This document shows, piece by piece, positions 1-7,672 of a stretch of DNA of 41,005 nt (its first letter is position 1; the number at the start of each line of letters is the position of its first letter). The notes below the pieces were generated by a model that searched no databases, was not told where the DNA came from, and saw only the letters and a program-made list of their open reading frames with translations. This stretch comes from Candidatus Anoxychlamydiales bacterium. GTDB taxonomy: Bacteria; Chlamydiota; Chlamydiia; Chlamydiales; SM23-39. The position numbers and the translations under genes were made by a program. Where the stretch lies: contig JAAKFJ010000001.1 of NCBI GenBank assembly GCA_011064745.1, positions 1-41,005 of the forward strand, given 5' to 3'.

Positions 1-489
1 GAGTTTGTTGCTCTAGCCCCAGAGCAAAAGCCTATAGAAATTCCTGAGCCTAATGTCTCTTATAAATTGCCTCAAATAGCAAAAAATATTGATAAGAAAA
101 TTCCAAATCCAATAGATGTTAATGCTTTTGAAATAACTATTAAAAGTGGGGATAATTTAGAAAAGCTTGCTCATATATATAACACAAGAGTGTCTGAAAT
201 TAGCGAGATTAATAGTTTATCGAATAGTTTTTTGAGAATTGGTCAAAAACTTTTAATTCCTAAAAGTTCTTTTCAAAATAGTATAAAACCTGATGTGGTA
301 AATCAAATTAAACCTGAAGAAAAAAAACAAATCGTTGCAGCTGAATATTATACTATAAAGGTGGGGGATAATCCATATACCATAGCTATCAAACATAGCA
401 TAAAACCCCATGAACTTTTAAAGTTAAATAACTTAGATGAGAGGAGAGCAAAACGACTAAAACCTGGTGATAAGCTTAGAATTAGATGA
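1..489 (+). CDS. LysM-domain peptidoglycan-binding protein, 5'-truncated by the window edge (occupies the NlpD-like position upstream of ftsW)
   Basis: Frame 1 is open from base 1, and the tracked start at 67 is a TTG inside that open frame. Two LysM-like modules are present: 'ITIKSGDNLEKLAHIYNTRVSEISEINSL..LRIGQKLLIP' and 'YTIKVGDNPYTIAIKHSIKPHELLKLNNL..LKPGDKLRI'. The stop overlaps the ftsW start (ATGA at 486-489). Confidence 0.75.
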   Translation, partial: EFVALAPEQKPIEIPEPNVSYKLPQIAKNIDKKIPNPIDVNAFEITIKSGDNLEKLAHIYNTRVSEISEINSLSNSFLRIGQKLLIPKSSFQNSIKPDVVNQIKPEEKKQIVAAEYYTIKVGDNPYTIAIKHSIKPHELLKLNNLDERRAKRLKPGDKLRIR

Positions 490-1598
490 TGAATAAATCA
501 ATTTTAATTCTTGTCGTATGTAGTTTAACTATTTTTTCGATTGGTCTTTTAATGGTCTTTAATATAACTTCAGCTGAAGTATTAAATAGATCCTTAGATG
601 TAGATACTCGTTTTGCGCTTTTTAAACAGTTAAGTTATGGCCTTATTGGTATTGGGATAGGCTTTTTTGTTTGGTATGTCGGATATCAAAAAATAATCGA
701 GATGAGCCCCTATTTTTTAATGACAGTGATATTTTTTTTAATGTTAGTTTTTATTCCTAAAATAGGCATTACTTTAAATGGTGCTAAAAGATGGATAGGT
801 TTTGCCGGTTTTACTATTCAACCATCTGAATTTGCGAAATTCACTATCCCAATTTATTTTATTCAACAGATAACCAAAAATAAAAGGCATTTGGATCTCA
901 ACTCTTTTTTAAAGATAATTACTCTTTTTGCTTTGCCTTTGGGGCTTATTTTAATCGAACCTGATACAGGAACCACCATTATTATCATTGCAACTTTGGT
1001 TGTCCTGTTTTTTTTAACGAAAGTAAAACTTTTATATTGGGCATTGCCTCTTTTACTCATAACAGGTTCAGGCACTATTGTGGCCTACAATATGTCTCAT
1101 GTCCAAAGTAGAATAAAAATATATCTCCATCCAGAATTAGATTTAAAGGGCAAAGGACATCAACCTTACCAAGCAAAGATAGCTGTAGGTTCTGGCAAGA
1201 TTTTTGGAAGAGGGCTAGGGGAGAGTTTACAAAAGTTAGACTATCTGCCGGAGGCGAGAAGCGATTATATAGCGGCTATTTATGCTGAAGAGCTTGGATT
1301 TATAGGAATGGTAATCTTAATTTCGCTATATATGTGTATTGCCTATGCTGGATTTTTAATAGCTGTTAAAGCTAAAGATAAAAAAGGATTTTATCTAGCT
1401 GGAATCATAACATTTTTGATATCTTTTCAAGCTTTTTTAAATTTGGGAGTGGTCTCAGGTCTTCTTCCTAGTAAAGGTGTGACGTTGCCTTTTTTTTCCC
1501 AAGGCGGAACATCTCTTATAGTTAATTTCATAGCGATATTTTTGCTGCTCAGCGTTGCAAAAAATACTAAATTAAAAAAAGGCCTGAAAAAAAGATGA
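486..1598 (+). CDS. ftsW: SEDS-family peptidoglycan glycosyltransferase FtsW (FtsW/RodA family)
   Basis: Polytopic membrane protein with SEDS motifs 'QPSEFAKF', 'LPEARSDYIAAIYAEELGFIG' and 'LPFFSQGGTS'. It lies between the LysM gene and murG, with ATGA overlaps on both sides. Confidence 0.9.
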   Translation: MMNKSILILVVCSLTIFSIGLLMVFNITSAEVLNRSLDVDTRFALFKQLSYGLIGIGIGFFVWYVGYQKIIEMSPYFLMTVIFFLMLVFIPKIGITLNGAKRWIGFAGFTIQPSEFAKFTIPIYFIQQITKNKRHLDLNSFLKIITLFALPLGLILIEPDTGTTIIIIATLVVLFFLTKVKLLYWALPLLLITGSGTIVAYNMSHVQSRIKIYLHPELDLKGKGHQPYQAKIAVGSGKIFGRGLGESLQKLDYLPEARSDYIAAIYAEELGFIGMVILISLYMCIAYAGFLIAVKAKDKKGFYLAGIITFLISFQAFLNLGVVSGLLPSKGVTLPFFSQGGTSLIVNFIAIFLLLSVAKNTKLKKGLKKR

Positions 1599-2692
1599 TA
1601 AAAGTATTAATTAGCGCATCGGGCACAGGTGGCCATATAATTCCAGCAATTCAACTGGCAAGAAAATTAAAAAATAAAGGCTGCGATATTTTTTTTGCTG
1701 CAAATGGCTTGAAATCTAGAAAAATTTTCAGAGAAGAAAATTTTTCTTACTTAGATATATCTGCATCACAGATAAATAAAAAAAAACTTTTTTTTGCTTT
1801 TTTTAAAATTTTAAAAGGGTTATTTCAAAGCCTTAAACTAATTTTAAAATATAAACCCAATGTGATTGTAGGTTTTGGATCGTATCATACTTTTCCAGTT
1901 GTTCTAGCAGCATACGTTCTTAGAAAAAAAATTGTTTTGTTTGATTCTAATACTACTTTGGGTCAGGTCAATAAAATTTTTTCTAAAAAGGCAAAAATAG
2001 TTGCCCTACAATTTGAAAAAGAAAATCAATTGAATAATGAAATGCTAGTCAAAAGGTTTCCATGGTTTTGCGAAGATAATAAAAACAAAAATCTTAGATG
2101 TGATTTTTTAAAAAAAATCAAGCTAGAGAAAAATATCTTTACGATTTTGATATTTGGGGGCTCTCAAGGCTCTAAAATCATCAATGACAATTTTTTAAAC
2201 AATATTAAGGATTTATCCGAAAAACAAAAAGTTCAAGTAATTCATATTGTAGGAGAGGGGATAGTTCTATCAAAAATTAAAAAGATCTATGATGATTTAA
2301 ATATCAAATCGTATGTCAGTTTATTTGAAAAAGATTTAAAGCCATTTTATAAAATTTCAGATTTAGTAATCTCAAGAGCTGGTGCTTGCTCAATCTCTGA
2401 GCTTATTTATTTTGAGAAACCCTCTATTTTAATACCCTATAAAAAAGCCAAAGACAATCATCAACTAAAAAATGCTCTTTTCATGCAAAACAAAGTCAAA
2501 TCTTCAACCATTATCACAGAAGATGATTTATCAAAAAATTCTCTTTTAAAAGAAATTAGTTATTTTTTAGAAAATGGGCAAAAAAAGCTTTGTCTTTTTA
2601 AAGAAAATATTCAAAAATTTAAGTCAATTGACGAGAAAAAAAATAAAAAAGATTTAAGTGATCTTGTTTTAAAAATTGGAAAAAAATCATAG
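1595..2692 (+). CDS. murG: UDP-N-acetylglucosamine--N-acetylmuramyl-(pentapeptide) pyrophosphoryl-undecaprenol GlcNAc transferase MurG
   Basis: N-terminal G-loop 'SGTGGHIIPA' and C-terminal 'FGGSQGS' and 'ISRAGACSISEL'. Canonical dcw position. Confidence 0.9.
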   Translation: MIKVLISASGTGGHIIPAIQLARKLKNKGCDIFFAANGLKSRKIFREENFSYLDISASQINKKKLFFAFFKILKGLFQSLKLILKYKPNVIVGFGSYHTFPVVLAAYVLRKKIVLFDSNTTLGQVNKIFSKKAKIVALQFEKENQLNNEMLVKRFPWFCEDNKNKNLRCDFLKKIKLEKNIFTILIFGGSQGSKIINDNFLNNIKDLSEKQKVQVIHIVGEGIVLSKIKKIYDDLNIKSYVSLFEKDLKPFYKISDLVISRAGACSISELIYFEKPSILIPYKKAKDNHQLKNALFMQNKVKSSTIITEDDLSKNSLLKEISYFLENGQKKLCLFKENIQKFKSIDEKKNKKDLSDLVLKIGKKS

Positions 2693-5155
2693 ATGAAACC
2701 ATCTTATCATTTCATCGGCATTGGCGGTATTGGTATGAGCGCTCTTGCCAAATTACTAATTGAGAAAAAAATCAAAGTTAAAGGCTCTGATATTAAGTCA
2801 AATGCTATTATAAATGAGCTTAAAAAAAATGGGGCTCATATTCAAATAGGGCATAAAAAAGAGTTTATATCTTCAAATGATACAATTGTTATCTCTTCGG
2901 CTATTGATAAAAAAAATGAAGAGTATTTGCAAGCTAAAAAATTAAATCTAAAAATTTTTCATCGATCAGATCTTTTAGATCAGTTAATGCATGGCCATAA
3001 ATCGATTCTCATTACAGGTACTCATGGTAAAACAACAACCTCAGCACTTTTGTGTGAGGTCCTTCTCAAGAGTCAAAAACAGCCTTCATTTGCCATCGGG
3101 GGTATTTTAAATTCTAAAAAAACCAATGCTCAAATAGGAAAGGGAAAATATTTTATAGCTGAAGCTGATGAAAGCGATGGTTCATTTATCAATTTTAAAA
3201 ATAAAGCTGCCTTTGCGATTGTTACCAATTTAGAAGAAGACCATCTAAATTATTGGAAAAATTTTACAAATTTAAAAAAAGCCTTTAAAAAATTTCTCTC
3301 TAACATTGAGAAACAAGAAAATCTATTCTGGTGCATAGAAGATAAAAATTTAACAAATCTAAAACCAAAAGGAACATCTTACGGCTTTTCAAAAAAAGCT
3401 GATATCTATGCTCATAATATTAGGCTGTTAGATTTTCAAACGATTTTTGATCTGAAAATTTTTGATAAAGTTTTCAAAGATATAAAGATCAATTTAATTG
3501 GCAATCATAACGTTTTAAATGCAGCCTCTGTTTTTGCGCTATCTCTTAAGCTAAAAATTAATGAAAAAACAATAAAAAATGCTTTTGAAAATTTTTCAGG
3601 CATATCAAGACGGTTAGAAAAAATTGGTGAAAAAAATAAAATCACATTTTTTGATGATTATGCTCATCATCCAACTGAGATTAAAAGCACACTAACATCT
3701 TTAAGAGAAGCTGTTAAAGAAAAAAGAATAATCGGTATTTTCCAGCCTCATAGATATTCAAGGCTAAAAGATTGTTTAGATGAATTTGTTGCCTCATTTG
3801 ATGTTTTAGATGAACTAATTATTACCGATATCTATAGCGCTTCTGAAAAACCTATAAAGAATATAAATGAAAAAGTTTTAGTTGATCTTATAAAAAAAAG
3901 AGACATTAAAGCCTATCACATCCCTGATGATCAGTTAGAGAGTTATCTACTAGATAATCTTTTATATCCATTCGATGTGGTAATAGCTCTCGGCGCTGGC
4001 GATATCTCATCAAAAATTAGAAAGATATTTTCTAAATTCACTTTAAGAAAATCTCAAAAAATAAATCTTGGTATCATCTACGGTGGCGAATCGAATGAAC
4101 ATGATATCTCTATTAAATCTACTAAAAATTATATCCAAGGTTACGATAAAGATTTATACAACCTCAAATGCTTTAAAATCTTAAAAAACGGTTCATGGCA
4201 AATCACCAAAGAGATCGAAGATTCTAAAGATAATGAAAAACTTGAAGATCTAAAAATTGATGAATCTTATTTAAATAAAAAAACTTTAAAAGAAAAAATC
4301 CCAATAGATGTTTTTAAAGAACTAACTACTTTAGATGTAGCTCTTCCCATCTTACATGGCCCCCTTGGTGAAGATGGGATGATAGATGCCTTTTTACGAG
4401 TGTTAGGTATTGCATCTGCTGGTTGCGATTATTTTAGCGCGCCTATTGCTATGGATAAAGCTTTTGCTAAACATCTTGTTAAAAATCTAGGGATATTGAC
4501 CCTAGACTTTTTAGAAGTTTATTCAAATGATTGGTTACAAAAACAAGAAGAGTATTTGTCTAAAATAATTAAAAATTTTAAATTTCCTCTCTACGTTAAA
4601 CCTAATCATTTAGGCTCAAGCATTGGAATTAAAGTTGTTGAAACTAAAAAAGATCTCAAAGATGCTATTGATTACGTATTTAAATTCGATACTTCTTTAA
4701 TCATTGAAAAAAAAATTATAGCAAGAGAAATCCAAACAGCTGTTATAGGTAATGATTTTTTTCAGTTTGGAAAAGTAGCTGAAATGCTAACCTATGGAGA
4801 GTTTTTCGATTTTGAAAATAAATATCAAAAAGCAACCGTAAAGGCGAGATATCCTAAAGATTTTAGCCGAAAAAAATTACATGAACTTGAGATGAGCGCT
4901 AAGAAAATCTACCAAGCCCTAAAACTATCCGGGTTTGCTAGAATTGATTTTTTCATTACTAAAAATCAAAAGATCTATTTTTTTGAAATCAATCCCATCC
5001 CAGGTTACTCATCTAACAATAGCACTTTTGCGAAAATGCTTGATTTAATAGGGTTTGATAATAAAAAAATGATCGATTATTTCATCACCTTAGCTCTTCA
5101 TCGACAAAGAAAAAATCAGAAATTTTTAAAAGGGGAAAAATGCAAAAAAAATTAA
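2693..5155 (+). CDS. murC/ddl: Bifunctional UDP-N-acetylmuramate--L-alanine ligase / D-alanine--D-alanine ligase (MurC-Ddl fusion)
   Basis: The N-terminal half has Mur ligase motifs 'HFIGIGGIGMSALA' and 'ITGTHGKTTT'. The C-terminal half is an ATP-grasp Ddl with 'GIIYGGESNEHDISIKS', 'LHGPLGEDG' and 'FFEINPIPG'. It is a single 820-aa ORF. This fusion is a known hallmark of Chlamydiae. Confidence 0.93.
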   Translation: MKPSYHFIGIGGIGMSALAKLLIEKKIKVKGSDIKSNAIINELKKNGAHIQIGHKKEFISSNDTIVISSAIDKKNEEYLQAKKLNLKIFHRSDLLDQLMHGHKSILITGTHGKTTTSALLCEVLLKSQKQPSFAIGGILNSKKTNAQIGKGKYFIAEADESDGSFINFKNKAAFAIVTNLEEDHLNYWKNFTNLKKAFKKFLSNIEKQENLFWCIEDKNLTNLKPKGTSYGFSKKADIYAHNIRLLDFQTIFDLKIFDKVFKDIKINLIGNHNVLNAASVFALSLKLKINEKTIKNAFENFSGISRRLEKIGEKNKITFFDDYAHHPTEIKSTLTSLREAVKEKRIIGIFQPHRYSRLKDCLDEFVASFDVLDELIITDIYSASEKPIKNINEKVLVDLIKKRDIKAYHIPDDQLESYLLDNLLYPFDVVIALGAGDISSKIRKIFSKFTLRKSQKINLGIIYGGESNEHDISIKSTKNYIQGYDKDLYNLKCFKILKNGSWQITKEIEDSKDNEKLEDLKIDESYLNKKTLKEKIPIDVFKELTTLDVALPILHGPLGEDGMIDAFLRVLGIASAGCDYFSAPIAMDKAFAKHLVKNLGILTLDFLEVYSNDWLQKQEEYLSKIIKNFKFPLYVKPNHLGSSIGIKVVETKKDLKDAIDYVFKFDTSLIIEKKIIAREIQTAVIGNDFFQFGKVAEMLTYGEFFDFENKYQKATVKARYPKDFSRKKLHELEMSAKKIYQALKLSGFARIDFFITKNQKIYFFEINPIPGYSSNNSTFAKMLDLIGFDNKKMIDYFITLALHRQRKNQKFLKGEKCKKN

Positions 5156-6015
5156 AACTCTCCCAAGCTTTTTTTTGGATAATCTTATCGACTATAATTT
5201 TTTCTTCTTTTAACTTTTTTGTATTTTTTCAAATCAAAAAATATAAACAAAATAAATATAAAGATGAAAAATATAATATCAAAAAAATTTATCAATCAAA
5301 TCAAGTCTCTTTAGATGTAAATTACTTATCTGAGCTTATGCATCTATCAACTGATAATCCCACCAACATATTTTTATTCGATGAGGTTAAAGCTCAAAAA
5401 AAATTACTAAGCAGTCCTCTCATTATTGATGCTAATATAAAAAAAAATAAACCCGATTGTTTATCTCTCGATCTAAAAATAAGACACCCAAAAGCCCTCT
5501 TATATGACTATGACAATATTGCTATCGATGAAGAAGGTTTTATTTTTTTTCTAAAACCCTTCTTTAATAATTTAGATCTTCCATCTGTCTATCTCGATCT
5601 AGGCAGATTCTCAGGTTTAAAAAAAATAGAAAAAAAAGAAGCAACACTTGCATTAGATATTTTACAAAAACTTCAGACAAGTGGCTTTTCAGATCTTGCC
5701 AAAATTAAGCTTTTAGACACCTCAAGAGCGTTTATTCGAAGCTACGGCAAAAGAGAGGTATTACTTCAGATAGATGAGCAAATAAATGCCTATAAAGATC
5801 AGAAAAATGTAAAATTAGTCTTTCCCACTATCTTACGACTCTCTCAAAATAATCTTTTAGAGCAGATTAGTAACTACATATCTCTTAGAGAAAAAATATT
5901 AAAAGATTATGAAAATCAATTAAAACATATCTCAGATCCAAGTCAAGATGTTGTAACCTTTAAGCCTAAAACAATAGATCTTAGAATTTCTAAACTTGCC
6001 TTTATCGATCAATAA
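5140..6015 (+). CDS. FtsQ-like bitopic division protein (single N-terminal TM helix plus a POTRA-like periplasmic region)
   Basis: One TM segment ('AFFWIILSTIIFSSFNFFVFF') followed by a soluble domain. It sits immediately downstream of, and overlaps, murC-ddl, where chlamydial FtsQ homologues are found. The sequence itself is weakly diagnostic. Confidence 0.6.
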   Translation: MQKKLKLSQAFFWIILSTIIFSSFNFFVFFQIKKYKQNKYKDEKYNIKKIYQSNQVSLDVNYLSELMHLSTDNPTNIFLFDEVKAQKKLLSSPLIIDANIKKNKPDCLSLDLKIRHPKALLYDYDNIAIDEEGFIFFLKPFFNNLDLPSVYLDLGRFSGLKKIEKKEATLALDILQKLQTSGFSDLAKIKLLDTSRAFIRSYGKREVLLQIDEQINAYKDQKNVKLVFPTILRLSQNNLLEQISNYISLREKILKDYENQLKHISDPSQDVVTFKPKTIDLRISKLAFIDQ

Positions 6016-6136
6016 TTTTTTTTAACTCCTTTTTTTCATTTTGTTTACTTTTCAATTTAAAAATAGATAGGTTTTCTCTGGTTAAAAATTTTATTTTTTG
6101 TAAATCTTAGAATAGTTTTTAACAAAGGAATTTAAT

Positions 6137-6487
6137 GTGGTTTTAGGTTTAGAAATAAAAACAGAAGAGATAGATAACATTATAATTTTGAGACTTGTGG
6201 GAAGATTAGATGCATCATCCTCATCTTTGCTTCAAAGTAAATTAAATGTTTTGATCAAAGAGGGAAAAACAGTTGTTTTATTGGATTTTTCAGATATGGA
6301 TTATCTAAGTAGTGCAGGGCTAAGAGTACTACTCTCTTTTACTAAAAAGTTTGATGAAAAAAAAGGAAGATTAGGCGTTTTTGCAGCTACTGATGATGTG
6401 ATGGAAGTTATTAAATTAACTGGTTTTGATAAGATTTTAAATATGTATAAAAATGAAAAAGAAGCCTTTTTAGAGAAAACTCTGTGA
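6137..6487 (+). CDS. rsbV: STAS-domain anti-sigma-factor antagonist (RsbV/SpoIIAA family)
   Basis: 116 aa with a 'DFSDMDYLSSAGLRVLL' phospho-serine motif, 'IILRLVGRLDA' and 'VIKLTGFDKILNMY'. GTG start preceded by AAAGGA. The stop overlaps the miaA GTG start (GTGA at 6484-6487). Confidence 0.85.
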   Translation: MVLGLEIKTEEIDNIIILRLVGRLDASSSSLLQSKLNVLIKEGKTVVLLDFSDMDYLSSAGLRVLLSFTKKFDEKKGRLGVFAATDDVMEVIKLTGFDKILNMYKNEKEAFLEKTL

Positions 6488-7506
6488 ACATTTATAACCC
6501 TAAAGATCTTCAAAGTCATATAACTGAACTTTATTTGCCGCTTAGAAAAAAGCCGCAAAACTCTCAAAAGAAAAAAAAAGTTATTGTACTAGCAGGACCG
6601 ACTGGAGTTGGTAAAACTGAGCTATCTTTATCAATTGCTAAGATTTTAGGAGGCGAGATAATATCAGCCGATTCTATGCAAGTTTATAAGGATATGAATG
6701 TCGGAACGGCGAAGGTTAGCGAGGACGCTAGAGATAAAATCCCACACCATTTAATTGATACTAAAGAGATTCATGAGAGTTTTAATGTATCTGAGTATTA
6801 TAGAGAAGCTCATAGGGCTTGTAGAGAGATTTTATTAAAAGGCAAAGTTCCTATAGTTGTTGGAGGTTCTGGCTTTTATATCCATGCTTTTTTATATGGT
6901 CCGCCTATGGGACCACCATCTAATATGGAAATTCGAAAAAATTTAGAAAAGACACTCCATGAGATGGGGCCAGAGCCTTTATATGAAAAGCTAAAATCAT
7001 TAGATCCAGAATATGCAAAAACGATAACCCCAAATGATAAACATAAAATCATCAGAGCTTTAGAAATCATCTCTATTACTAAACAAAAGGTTAGCCAAAT
7101 TCCAAAACCCAAAATTAATCAAGAACCGTTATATAACTTTAGATTATGGTTTTTGTATTATCCCAAAGAGATACTTTATGAAAAAGTCAATGAGCGTTGT
7201 GATCAGATGATTGAAAAGGGCTTTATTGAAGAGGTAGAAAAATTAGATGAAAAAGGACTAAAGAATAACTATTCAGCATCTCAAGCCATAGGCTATAGGC
7301 AATGCTTAACATATTTGCACTCTAAACAAACAGTCGATGATAAAATAGCTTTTATAGATGAGTTTAAAAAAGCTTCTAGAAAATATGTCAAAAGACAGTT
7401 TACCTGGTTTAAAAAAGAACCACATTTTAGGTGGTTAAATCTTCAAGAAATAGATCCTCAAAAAGCTAAAGAATTTATCTTGCAAGACTATGAACAGTCG
7501 ATGTAA
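6484..7506 (+). CDS. miaA: tRNA dimethylallyltransferase MiaA
   Basis: P-loop 'LAGPTGVGKTELS', plus 'ISADSMQVYKDMNVGTAK', 'IPHHLID' and 'RQFTWF'. Confidence 0.92.
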   Translation: MNIYNPKDLQSHITELYLPLRKKPQNSQKKKKVIVLAGPTGVGKTELSLSIAKILGGEIISADSMQVYKDMNVGTAKVSEDARDKIPHHLIDTKEIHESFNVSEYYREAHRACREILLKGKVPIVVGGSGFYIHAFLYGPPMGPPSNMEIRKNLEKTLHEMGPEPLYEKLKSLDPEYAKTITPNDKHKIIRALEIISITKQKVSQIPKPKINQEPLYNFRLWFLYYPKEILYEKVNERCDQMIEKGFIEEVEKLDEKGLKNNYSASQAIGYRQCLTYLHSKQTVDDKIAFIDEFKKASRKYVKRQFTWFKKEPHFRWLNLQEIDPQKAKEFILQDYEQSM

Positions 7507-7593
7507 ATAAACATTTTATTATAAATTATTAAAAATAATTTAATGTTTATTATGTAAAAATAGTTGTAATAAATGTGAAAACAGCTTTATTAA

Positions 7594-7622
7594 TTGATCT
7601 TTATAAATATTTTATTTATAAT
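7594..7622 (+). promoter_or_regulatory. Candidate sigma-70/66-type promoter for the ankyrin-repeat gene (TTGATC, 17-nt spacer, TATAAT)
   Basis: TTGATC at 7594-7599, a 17-nt spacer, and a perfect TATAAT at 7617-7622, about 50 nt upstream of the ATG at 7673. The intergenic region is extremely AT-rich, so a chance match is plausible. Confidence 0.3.
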
Positions 7623-7672
7623 TAGTAGTAATTTTTAACTAAATATAAATAAAATATAATAGGCTTAAAGTT

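Noticed and set aside
7506-7551. AT-only inverted repeat after miaA (AATAAACATT at 7506-7515 and AATGTTTATT at 7542-7551, with an inner AAATTATT/AATAATTT pair) as a rho-independent terminator.
   Set aside because: The stem is almost purely A/T with a long loop and no clear T-tract. In this extremely AT-rich spacer such pairings are expected by chance. It might still contribute to termination, but I cannot support calling it a feature.
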